DNA of 64,000 nucleotides from an uncultured virus (IMG/VR IMGVR_UViG_3300019372_000169) (Duplodnaviria; Heunggongvirae; Uroviricota; Caudoviricetes): IMG/VR virus record IMGVR_UViG_3300019372_000169; one strand, given 5' to 3'. Under the pieces are notes generated by a model. That model was not told the origin of the DNA, searched no databases, and saw only the letters and a program-made list of their open reading frames with translations. This document shows, piece after piece, positions 55,754-64,000 of the stretch (position 1 is the stretch's first letter; each line of letters opens with the position of its first letter). The translations under genes were made by a program, and so were the position numbers.

Positions 55754-57107
55754 ACCACATAACTACCAGACCTATGCCACCCAGTACATCGAGGACCATC
55801 CTATCTCCGCTGTTCTGCTTGACATGGGTCTTGGTAAAACTTCTATCACGTTGACGGCGCTGAACGACCTATTGTTTGACAGCTTCGAGGCGCACCGCAT
55901 TTTGGTCATCGCCCCGCTGCGAGTGGCACGGGACACATGGCCTGCTGAAGCAGATAAGTGGGATCACCTGCAGAACCTCATCTGCTCCGTGGCTGTCGGC
56001 ACCGAAGCGGAGCGACGTGCGGCGCTGCTGAAGCCCGCCGATATTTACATCATCAACCGCGAAAATGTCCAGTGGCTTATCGAGGACAGCAAATTGCCGT
56101 TCAGCTTTGACACCGTTGTGGTTGACGAGCTGTCGTCCTTCAAGAATTATCAGGCGAAGCGCTTCCGGGCGCTGATGAAGGTTCGTCCTACGGTCAAGCG
56201 CATCATCGGGCTGACCGGCACTCCCAGCAGCAACGGGCTGATGGATTTATGGGCGGAGTTCCGGTTGCTGGACATGGGCGCACGTCTCGGACGCTTTATC
56301 AGCCGTTACCGCCTTGAATATTTCCAGCCTGACAAGCGCAATGGGCAGGTCATCTTCAGCTACAAGCCTTTGCCCGGCGCAGAGCAGCAGATTTATGACA
56401 AAATCTCCGATATCACCATTTCCATGCGCTCCACCGACCTTTTGCAAATGCCGGAGTTGGTCAGCAGCGAATATACCGTCCGGCTCTCCGACGAGGAGCG
56501 TAAACGGTACGACGGTTTGAAGCAAGACCTCGTCCTGCAGCTACCGGGCGGAGAAATCACCGCCGCCAATGCCGCCGCGCTCACCGGCAAGCTCTGCCAG
56601 ATGGCGAATGGCGCTATTTACACCGATGACGGCGGTACCGTGAATCTTCACGACCGGAAGCTGGATGCGCTGGAGGACATCATCGAAGCCGCCGGTGGAA
56701 AACCGCTGCTGGTTGCCTATTGGTTCAAACACGATCTTGCCCGCATTACCGAGCGGTTGCAGAAGCTTCACATCCCGTTCTCCAAGCTGGACAGTTCTGA
56801 GAGCATCAAGCGGTGGAACAACAGCGAACTGCCCGTGGCGCTTATTCATCCTGCCTCTGCCGGTCACGGGCTCAATCTTCAGAGCGGCGGGTCCTGCATC
56901 GTCTGGTTCGGGCTGACATGGTCACTGGAGCTTTACCAGCAGACCATTGCCCGGCTCTGGCGGCAGGGGCAAAACGCCGAAACGGTTGTGGTGCAGCACA
57001 TTGTTGCCAAAGGTACGATCGACGAGCGAATTCTGAAGGTATTGTCCAAGAAAGACAGCACCCAAGCGGCGCTGATCGATGCCGTAAAAGCGGACTTGAA
57101 AATCTGA
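55743..57107 (+). CDS. SNF2-like helicase
   Basis: DMGLGKT, VVDELS, LTGTP, GHGLNLQ, RLWRQGQ. Confidence 0.92.
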   Translation: MKYEPHNYQTYATQYIEDHPISAVLLDMGLGKTSITLTALNDLLFDSFEAHRILVIAPLRVARDTWPAEADKWDHLQNLICSVAVGTEAERRAALLKPADIYIINRENVQWLIEDSKLPFSFDTVVVDELSSFKNYQAKRFRALMKVRPTVKRIIGLTGTPSSNGLMDLWAEFRLLDMGARLGRFISRYRLEYFQPDKRNGQVIFSYKPLPGAEQQIYDKISDITISMRSTDLLQMPELVSSEYTVRLSDEERKRYDGLKQDLVLQLPGGEITAANAAALTGKLCQMANGAIYTDDGGTVNLHDRKLDALEDIIEAAGGKPLLVAYWFKHDLARITERLQKLHIPFSKLDSSESIKRWNNSELPVALIHPASAGHGLNLQSGGSCIVWFGLTWSLELYQQTIARLWRQGQNAETVVVQHIVAKGTIDERILKVLSKKDSTQAALIDAVKADLKI

Positions 57108-57164
57108 GAAAATCTACGACAATCCGTGCCAATCCGAGAGAAATACAAAATATCGGAGGTACAG

Positions 57165-57362
57165 ATGATGAATCCATATGAAGAATTGGCAAACGCCATC
57201 GTGCTGCAGGCAGTCAAGGATTACCGGCTGCACGACGACGAGCAGGAGCTCGCCAGCATCGAGCGTTTCTTCCGCTCCGACTGGTTTGGCACGCTGACGA
57301 GCGTCAACCCAGAAATACTGATTTCCAAGCTGAGAAAGGAGAAGGTGCGCTATGACTGCTAA
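57165..57362 (+). CDS. Small conserved phage protein
   Basis: LANAIVLQAVKDY..ERFFRSDW; GGAGG RBS. Confidence 0.75.
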   Translation: MMNPYEELANAIVLQAVKDYRLHDDEQELASIERFFRSDWFGTLTSVNPEILISKLRKEKVRYDC

Positions 57363-57786
57363 AACCTATCTTTCTCAGGCACGTTATCTGGATATGCGCA
57401 TCAAATCAAAGCTCCAACAGATTGACTCACTGAATGAGCTGGCAACAACCTGTACATCAGTGCTGACGGGCATGCCCCGCAATCCCAGCGGTTCTGTCTC
57501 TCGCATGGCGGACGCGGTCTGTAAGATTGTTGATCTGCAAGCGGACATCAACCACGACATTGACATGCTGGTCGACCTTAAAAAAGAAATCATGGGCGTC
57601 ATCAAAGCGGTGGAGAATCCGGAGTACCAAACGCTTTTGGAGAAGCGTTACCTCTGCTTTCTGTCTTGGGAAAAGATTGCGGTGGACATGGGCTACGACC
57701 TGCGTTACATTCATAAGCTCCATACACGGGCGCTGGAGGACTGTAAAATTCCCGCGTTTTCCAAAGCGGACACAAAAAGACACTGA
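57352..57786 (+). CDS. DUF1492 / RinA-ArpU-like late transcription activator
   Basis: LLEKRYL..SWEKIAVDMGY..LHTRAL; precedes the packaging genes. Confidence 0.82.
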   Translation: MTAKTYLSQARYLDMRIKSKLQQIDSLNELATTCTSVLTGMPRNPSGSVSRMADAVCKIVDLQADINHDIDMLVDLKKEIMGVIKAVENPEYQTLLEKRYLCFLSWEKIAVDMGYDLRYIHKLHTRALEDCKIPAFSKADTKRH

Positions 57787-57818
57787 AAGACACCTGCCGC
57801 TTATGATAGTATTATAAT
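57769..57818 (+). promoter_or_regulatory. Activator-dependent late promoter
   Basis: GACAC x3 at 10-bp period (57769, 57779, 57789) and TATAAT at 57813-57818, with no canonical -35. Confidence 0.6.
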
Positions 57819-57895
57819 CAGGAAAACAGAATCAAGAGAGCCTTGTGGGAGCAATCCCGCAGGGCTTTTCCTTTGCCCGCAAGGAGGCGGATCAA

Positions 57896-58258
57896 ATGCC
57901 CTACAAACCAAAGCGTCCCTGCGCCTATCCCGGCTGCGGTCGGCTCGCCACAAGCGAGCAATACTGTGCCGAGCATCAAAAGCAGATGGACTATCACTAC
58001 AATCATTTCCAGCGCGAGCCGGAGACAAATAAACGCTACGGCCGCGCGTGGAAGCGTATCCGCGACCGCTTCATCAAGGCGCACCCGCTCTGCGAGGCGT
58101 GCAAGAAGTCCGGTCGGCTGACACCAGCCGAGGAGGTTCATCACATTCTTCCGCTTAGTCAGGGCGGCACCAACGATGTGCATAACCTGATGGCGCTTTG
58201 CAAGGCGTGTCACTCGCGCATTACGCTGGAAGCAAACAAAAATAACCGCGAGGCGTGA
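57896..58258 (+). CDS. HNH endonuclease (packaging-associated)
   Basis: HPLCEAC, EVHHI, NLMALCKACH. Confidence 0.92.
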   Translation: MPYKPKRPCAYPGCGRLATSEQYCAEHQKQMDYHYNHFQREPETNKRYGRAWKRIRDRFIKAHPLCEACKKSGRLTPAEEVHHILPLSQGGTNDVHNLMALCKACHSRITLEANKNNREA

Positions 58259-58399
58259 GCCGGTGGGGGTATCAAAATCTCTACACCTGCTTCAAGCGGA
58301 CAGCGGCGCGGGGCTTTCTGTTGAAAAACGCGGTTTCAAACGGGGGAATAGGCACAAAAAAGCGCTGCGGCGTTCTTAACACAAGAGCGAGGTGATATT

Positions 58400-58951
58400 T
58401 TGGCGAAGGACGGAACCAACAGAGGCGGCGCTCGTGTCGGCGCGGGCGCAAAAAAGAAGCCGTTAGCCGACAAAATCGCTGCCGGCAATCCCGGCGGAAG
58501 AACACTGACGGTCATGGAGTTTTCCGGCGCTGCCGACCTTCAGGGGCAGGCGATGCCGGAGCCGAACAAAATGCTCGAAGCGGTTCAAAAGGACGGCAAG
58601 ACGCTGGTAGCCGGTGAGATTTACAAAAACACATGGACATGGCTGAACGAACGCGGCTGCGCGGCGCTGGTCTCTCCGCAGCTTTTGGAGCGCTACGCCA
58701 TGAGCGTCGCCCGCTGGATTCAGTGTGAGGAAGCGGTCACCACCTACGGCTTTCTGGCAAAGCATCCGACGACGGGCAACGCGATTCAAAGCCCGTATGT
58801 GGCGATGGGTCAGAATTACATGAATCAGACCAACCGGCTGTGGTACGAGATTTTTCAAATCGTCAAGGAAAACTGCACCGGTGAGTACAGCGGCGCAAAC
58901 CCGCAGGATGACGTAATGGAGCGCTTGCTCAATGCAAGGAGGGGCAAATGA
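58400..58951 (+). CDS. terS: Terminase small subunit, P27 family
   Basis: RGGARVGAG, GNPGGR, LERYA, QSPYV. Confidence 0.85.
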   Translation: MAKDGTNRGGARVGAGAKKKPLADKIAAGNPGGRTLTVMEFSGAADLQGQAMPEPNKMLEAVQKDGKTLVAGEIYKNTWTWLNERGCAALVSPQLLERYAMSVARWIQCEEAVTTYGFLAKHPTTGNAIQSPYVAMGQNYMNQTNRLWYEIFQIVKENCTGEYSGANPQDDVMERLLNARRGK

Positions 58952-58952
58952 C

Positions 58953-60278
58953 GTGGATATACGAAGCCTAAAGCTGTCGGAGGTGAATCCGGCAAAATAC
59001 AATCCGCGCAAGGAGCTGCGTCCCGGCGATGCGGAGTTTGAGAAGCTCAAGCGTTCCATCGAGAGCTTCGGCTATGTGGAGCTGATCGTCGTCAACGAGG
59101 CGACGGGCTTCACGGTCATTTCCGGTCATCAGCGGCTCTCCGTTTTGAAAGCACTCGGCTATGAGAGCGCGGAGTGCGTGGTGGTGAGCTTGGATGCCAC
59201 CCGTGAAAAGGCACTCAACATCGCCATGAATAAAATTTCCGGCGAGTGGGATACGAAAAAGCTCGAAAACCTGCTCTCGGATTTGAAAGCGGAGGACTTC
59301 GACGTCACGCTGACCGGTTTCGATACCAGCGAGATTGGGCTCATGCTCGGTGTTGATGATGAAATCGTGCAGGATATTGTGCCGGAGGTCAATACAGATG
59401 AGCCAACGGTATGCGAGTCCGGCGACATTTGGCAGCTCGGACGGCATCGGCTGCTCTGCGGCAGCAGCACCGATAAAAGCAATGTTGCCAGACTGATGGA
59501 CGGGCAGAAAAGCAAGCTGCTCTTTACATCGCCGCCGTACAGTGATATGCGAACCTACAACGGCGATAAGGAGCTGTCGGTCGAGAGCATTGCGCAGTTT
59601 CTCCCTTGCTATGAACCGTTCGCCGCGCTGCAAGCTGTCAATCTCGGAATCCAGCGCAAGGACGGCGAGGTTTATCCCTATTGGAATACTTACATCGACA
59701 CGGCGAAGCAAGCCGGTCTAAAGCTGCTGGCGTGGAATGTGTGGGATAAGCTCACCTGCGGCAGCGTCGGACAGCAAAGCGCGATGATACCCATCCGGCA
59801 TGAATGGATATTCTGCTTTGGCAAAGAGCCGGTGGTAGTGAATCCGACGTGGCGCAAGAAGGAAGCCAGCATTTACTCCGGCGGGCGCTACAACAAAATC
59901 CGTCAGGCGGACGGCTCCTTTCGGATTGCGCGGCGCGGCAATGAAACCGGCGCATTCAAGAAGATGGAAAGCTTGCTGGAGCTGCCGGAGCAGACCAGCC
60001 TTGAGTCGGTCACGAAGCAGCTCAGTGAAAAAGGCAAGATTCGCGCCGAGCACCCCGCCACTTTCCCCGTGGCACTGCCGTCGGAATACATTGTCGCTTT
60101 TACCGATGAAAATGACGTTGTGGTCGAACCCTTTGGCGGCGCGGGCACGACGCTCATCGCCTGTGAGCAGCTTGACCGCACCTGTTACATCATGGAGCTG
60201 GACGCGCACTACTGCGATGTCATGATCAAGCGCTGGGAAAATTTCACCGGCAAAACCGCCGTGAAGCAGGAGGACTGA
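58953..60278 (+). CDS. ParB-like + DNA methyltransferase (SPPY)
   Basis: YNPRK, ISGHQR, TSPPY, HPATFP, PFGGAGTT. Confidence 0.88.
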   Translation: MDIRSLKLSEVNPAKYNPRKELRPGDAEFEKLKRSIESFGYVELIVVNEATGFTVISGHQRLSVLKALGYESAECVVVSLDATREKALNIAMNKISGEWDTKKLENLLSDLKAEDFDVTLTGFDTSEIGLMLGVDDEIVQDIVPEVNTDEPTVCESGDIWQLGRHRLLCGSSTDKSNVARLMDGQKSKLLFTSPPYSDMRTYNGDKELSVESIAQFLPCYEPFAALQAVNLGIQRKDGEVYPYWNTYIDTAKQAGLKLLAWNVWDKLTCGSVGQQSAMIPIRHEWIFCFGKEPVVVNPTWRKKEASIYSGGRYNKIRQADGSFRIARRGNETGAFKKMESLLELPEQTSLESVTKQLSEKGKIRAEHPATFPVALPSEYIVAFTDENDVVVEPFGGAGTTLIACEQLDRTCYIMELDAHYCDVMIKRWENFTGKTAVKQED

Positions 60279-60280
60279 TT

Positions 60281-61525
60281 ATGGATGTACGAAAAATACC
60301 CGTGGAGCAGCTCATTCCCGCCGATTACAATCCCCGTAAGGATTTGAAACCCGGCGATCCCGAATATGACAAGCTGAAGCGCTCCATCGAACAATTCGGC
60401 TATGTCGAGCCACTCATCTGGAATAAGACCACAGGCAGAATTGTCGGTGGTCACCAGCGTCTAAAGGTGCTCATCGATATGGGCATTCCAGAAGTAGACT
60501 GCGTGGTGGTAGAGCTACCGGAGGAAAAGGAAAAAGCACTCAACATCGCCCTCAACAAGATTTCCGGCGAGTGGGATAAGGACAAGCTGGCACTGCTCAT
60601 CGCGGATTTGCAGGGTACTGATTTTGACGTTTCGCTGACCGGCTTCGACCCCGCAGAGCTGGACGATCTGTTCAAGGATAAGGTCAAGGACAAAATCCAC
60701 GATGATGATTTCGATGTGGAGGCAGCGCTCAAGGAGCCGGTCATCACCAAGCTCGGCGATGCCTGGACGCTGGGGCGGCACCGGCTGGTCTGCGGCGACA
60801 GCACCCAATCGGATACTTTCGAGCTGCTGATGGCCGGCGCAAAAGCAAATCTCGTCATTACGGACCCGCCATACAACGTCAACTACGAGGGCAGTGCCGG
60901 AAAAATCAAAAATGACCATATGGCAAACGACGCATTTTACAGATTCCTGCTGGTGGCATTCCAGAACATCGAAGCAGTTATGGCGGACGATGCCAGTATC
61001 TATATTTTTCATTCCGACACCGAGGGGCTGAATTTCAGGAGAGCCTTTGCGGATGCCGGTTTCTTTTTGTCCGGCTGCTGCATCTGGAAAAAGCAGTCAC
61101 TGGTGCTGGGGCGCTCGCCCTATCAGTGGCAGCACGAGCCGGTGCTGTTTGGCTGGAAGAAAAAAGGCAAGCACCAGTGGTATACCGGACGCAAGGAAAC
61201 GACCATCTGGGAGTTCGACAAGCCCAAGAAGAACGGCGACCATCCGACCATGAAGCCAATCCCGCTGCTGGCATACCCGATTATGAATTCCAGCATGAGC
61301 AATACGCTGGTGCTTGACCCCTTCGGCGGCTCTGGCAGTACTCTCATCGCCTGTGAGCAAAGCGACCGCTCCTGCTACACCATTGAGCTTGACGAAAAGT
61401 TTTGTGACGTGATCGTGAAACGCTACATCGAGCAGGTCGGTTCGGCGGACAAGGTTTCCGTACAGCGCGACGGGCTGACGTATGCCTATGCGGAGATGGT
61501 TGCCCGTGAGAATAGCAATTCTTGA
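60281..61525 (+). CDS. ParB-like + DNA methyltransferase (DPPY)
   Basis: YNPRK, VGGHQR, TDPPY, HPTMKP, DPFGGSGST; closest paralog of 996-2267. Confidence 0.9.
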   Translation: MDVRKIPVEQLIPADYNPRKDLKPGDPEYDKLKRSIEQFGYVEPLIWNKTTGRIVGGHQRLKVLIDMGIPEVDCVVVELPEEKEKALNIALNKISGEWDKDKLALLIADLQGTDFDVSLTGFDPAELDDLFKDKVKDKIHDDDFDVEAALKEPVITKLGDAWTLGRHRLVCGDSTQSDTFELLMAGAKANLVITDPPYNVNYEGSAGKIKNDHMANDAFYRFLLVAFQNIEAVMADDASIYIFHSDTEGLNFRRAFADAGFFLSGCCIWKKQSLVLGRSPYQWQHEPVLFGWKKKGKHQWYTGRKETTIWEFDKPKKNGDHPTMKPIPLLAYPIMNSSMSNTLVLDPFGGSGSTLIACEQSDRSCYTIELDEKFCDVIVKRYIEQVGSADKVSVQRDGLTYAYAEMVARENSNS

Positions 61526-61774
61526 TTTTGAGGTGCAAGCGACACCGCTCTCCAAAGCTCGTCTGCACGAACTATGCGCTGGCGCATTATTTGAAGCTGC
61601 AGGAATACGACTCCTAGTATTTCTCTCCAAGGCATAATACCCACACTTCCCGCAGGTACAGCTTTCGGCGGTTTGTGCATACCGGAGAATGTCGTTTTTC
61701 TCTCACAGAAAGCTTGCTATTTCAGGCGTTTAGAGTGATATATGTACCTACCAAATTGAAAGGTGGTACATGAA

Positions 61775-62059
61775 ATGCACGACAATGACTTGAAAAAAGC
61801 GCTCGACGACTTCCTCCAGCAGCGCATCGACGACTGCGGAGCACGCGACAATGAGGGCTTGCAGGAAGCCTATCAGAAGTTTAAACGCTGCACCGAAAAA
61901 CTGAAAAGCTCACTGACCCCGGAGCAGCGTCAGGCGTACCTCGAATGGGAAAACGCCTACTCTCTGGTGGACGGCGAGACGATGAACTGCTACTACCGTG
62001 CCGGGTTTTCCGACGCGGTATTGTTTTTCATGGGATGGAGGGACGGAGAATGGAAATGA
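61775..62059 (+). CDS. Hypothetical helical protein
   Basis: AAGGTGG RBS; YYRAGFSDA motif. Confidence 0.7.
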   Translation: MHDNDLKKALDDFLQQRIDDCGARDNEGLQEAYQKFKRCTEKLKSSLTPEQRQAYLEWENAYSLVDGETMNCYYRAGFSDAVLFFMGWRDGEWK

Positions 62060-62811
62060 AGTACAACGTCACGGGCAGCGACCGCAAGCGGCTGGTCACG
62101 GCAATCGCGGAATTTATGGAATGCGCGGCAACGTACAAGGGCGCTCCGACCTTCGCCTATGAGGTGGGCTGCTTTACCATCGACAAAAATGGCACCGTCT
62201 GCTTTGACGACCGCAATCCGCAACGCGCGGGGAGCGCCGACAGCGAGAAAATTGAAAAGCTCATCCAGCGGCTGCATGAACTGGGCTTTGAAGCGGAAAC
62301 CGAGGAAGCCGTCGATTCCCTTGTTCTTTCCTACCCGCGGGAGGACATCACCGACGCGGCACTTGAAAACCTGCGTCTGCTGGTGGCAAGCAAGGAGACA
62401 CTCATCAAAAAGGCGCTGGCGGTCGATGCTCTGCCGATTGAGGTGGACGATGAGAAGGTCAGCTTCCCGTGGTTTGACGGCTTTCCGACACCGGAGGAAA
62501 TCAGCGCCTACACACACTTTACGAGCAAGCTTATCAGTATGGCGAAAACGCAGAAGCGCGTAATCGCCAAGGAAAAGGAAACCGAGAACGACAAATACGC
62601 ATTCCGCTGCTTTCTGCTCCGGCTCGGCTTCATCGGTGACGAGTACAAAGCGGCTCGGAAAATCCTGCTGAAGAATCTCACCGGCAGCGGCGCGTTCAAA
62701 AGCGGCAATTCCAAGGCGCAGAAGTACATCGAAAAGATTGAAACGAACGCTGACCTTTACGACGATGTGATGAGCCTGCAGGACAAGGAGGAAACTGAAA
62801 ATGAGCAATAA
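62050..62811 (+). CDS. Phage 'virulence-related' conserved protein
   Basis: Paralog of 2359-3180; ENDKYAFRCFLLRLGFIG. Confidence 0.8.
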   Translation: MEMKYNVTGSDRKRLVTAIAEFMECAATYKGAPTFAYEVGCFTIDKNGTVCFDDRNPQRAGSADSEKIEKLIQRLHELGFEAETEEAVDSLVLSYPREDITDAALENLRLLVASKETLIKKALAVDALPIEVDDEKVSFPWFDGFPTPEEISAYTHFTSKLISMAKTQKRVIAKEKETENDKYAFRCFLLRLGFIGDEYKAARKILLKNLTGSGAFKSGNSKAQKYIEKIETNADLYDDVMSLQDKEETENEQ

Positions 62812-63037
62812 TTTTCCGCCCAGAGAAATTGTGGAGCGTATCCGCAGGCAGTATCCGGTCGGCAGCCGTGTGGAGCTTGTCAAAATGGACGACCCGCAGG
62901 CGCCTCCGGTCGGCACAAAGGGCACCGTGCGCGGCGTGGACGACATCGGCAGCGTGATGGTCGCATGGGACAACGGGAGTGGCCTTTCGGTTGCCTATGG
63001 CGCGGACGTCTGCAGGGTGGTGAGCGATGATGAGTGA
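62801..63037 (+). CDS. DUF4314 family protein
   Basis: YPVGSRVELVKMDDPQAPP..GVDDIG..WDNGS. Confidence 0.88.
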   Translation: MSNNFPPREIVERIRRQYPVGSRVELVKMDDPQAPPVGTKGTVRGVDDIGSVMVAWDNGSGLSVAYGADVCRVVSDDE

Positions 63038-63215
63038 AACAGTCAAGAAGCAAATTCTTGCCGTGCGTGACACCGGACGCACGAATATGTTTGATATCCA
63101 TGCAGTTCAGCGCATTGCGTATGACATGGAGTTCTATGAACTGGTGACCTATCTGGAAGATCATCGCCGCGAATATGCACACTTCATCCTCACCGGAGAG
63201 GAACAACGGCTGTAA
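63027..63215 (+). CDS. DUF5049 family protein
   Basis: QILAVRDTGRTNMFD..Y.HFILTG. Confidence 0.8.
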   Translation: MMSETVKKQILAVRDTGRTNMFDIHAVQRIAYDMEFYELVTYLEDHRREYAHFILTGEEQRL

Positions 63216-63361
63216 CCTACACAATTTTAGTGGCGACAAGGGGCTTCATATTCGTGGGGTTTACAGCAGGACATATCGCGTAATGGACTTGCTATTCTGT
63301 GCTTTTAGAGCGAATATGTACCTGCCGAAAGGAAATTACAAATTTACAGGAGGACACGACC

Positions 63362-63541
63362 ATGACAGAGAAGCAGCTCAAGCAGGCCAAGAGCCAGCTG
63401 CCGCAGGGCGAGAAATTCGACAGAGCCTACCGCGCCTTTGAAGGCGGCATTCGCTTAATTTCCAAGAAAGCCGACGGAACGGAAACCCGCTACAAGGTCG
63501 TTTTCGACGCTGACGACAACGTCCGCATCGAGAAATTTTAA
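63362..63541 (+). CDS. Small hypothetical protein
   Basis: AGGAGG RBS, preceded by the CTTG-N15-AGAG motif. Confidence 0.65.
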   Translation: MTEKQLKQAKSQLPQGEKFDRAYRAFEGGIRLISKKADGTETRYKVVFDADDNVRIEKF

Positions 63542-63655
63542 ACCACCGAAAAAAACAGCCGAGGTCAGCCCTTCAGGGGCTGTATCTCGCACAGATAAAT
63601 TTTGAAGGACTGCCGATGGCGGTCTATTTTTATGCCCGGAAGGAGGCGGCGGCTC

Positions 63656-64000
63656 TTGCGCAAGCTGAAAAAATACAAGCAAACGCGCTTTAAGGCGCAG
63701 GATTCAACCTATGACAAGGCAGCCGCCGACTACGCTGTGGCATTTATCGAAGCGCTCTGCCACACCAAAGGGACATGGGCGGGAAAGCCCTTCGAGCTGA
63801 TTGACTGGCAGGAGCAGATTGTGCGGGATATTTTCGGCACACTCAAGCCCAACGGCTACCGGCAGTTCAACACTGCCTATGTGGAAATTCCCAAAAAGAT
63901 GGGCAAGTCCGAGCTTGCGGCGGCAATCGCGCTGCTTCTCACCTGCGGGGATGGCGAGGAACGCGCCGAGGTATACGGCTGTGCCGCTGACCGCAATCAG
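63656..64000 (+). CDS. terL: Terminase large subunit of element 2 (5' part, truncated by the window)
   Basis: TTG start after AGGAGG; LCHTKG, PFELIDWQEQI, EIPKKMGKSELAAA, highly similar to 5358-6989. Confidence 0.93.
   Translation, partial: MRKLKKYKQTRFKAQDSTYDKAAADYAVAFIEALCHTKGTWAGKPFELIDWQEQIVRDIFGTLKPNGYRQFNTAYVEIPKKMGKSELAAAIALLLTCGDGEERAEVYGCAADRNQ

Larger units (their letters stand above)
36983..64000 (+). mobile_element. Prophage-like element 2 core (regulation, replication, packaging; continues beyond the window). Its left cargo arm probably extends to about 26.6 kb.
   Basis: sigma-like, DUF2800, DUF2815, PolA, primase, VRR-NUC, SNF2, DUF1492, HNH, terS, MTases, terL. Confidence 0.88.

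Noticed and set aside
61530..61700. Possible cytosine-methyltransferase relic
   Set aside because: Only a vague GALFEAAGI resemblance, too weak to support.

Overview
A Clostridia-type (Firmicutes) region with two related temperate siphophage-like elements in tandem and in the same orientation, separated by a defence-rich cargo island. The taxonomy is inferred from SigA-type promoters, ribosome-binding sites and gene families. Element 1 (1 to about 26.6 kb) runs from the end of an HNH gene through terminase, HK97-type head and long-tail genes to two large serine recombinases. It has no recognisable lysis genes and carries inserted AT-rich cassettes: Kiwa, two micro-ORFs, an orphan ParA and an MBL hydrolase. 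The island (about 26.6-47.9 kb) holds Gabija, a RloC-like ABC ATPase operon, a sigma-like gene, and a type III R-M-like mod/res pair followed by a 1.7k-aa GHKL-ATPase/UPF1-like helicase. Element 2 (about 48.1 kb to the window end) has the replication module (DUF2800, DUF2815, PolA, P4-type primase, VRR-NUC, SNF2) and the start of packaging. The most striking observation is in three uncharacterised adjacent genes upstream of the RloC-like ATPase. They share a matched ~22-aa N/G/Q-rich RHIM/PP-like motif at the C-terminus of the first protein and the N-termini of the next two, which suggests an undescribed amyloid-signalling defence system. All family assignments come from motif recognition by eye; no searches were run.
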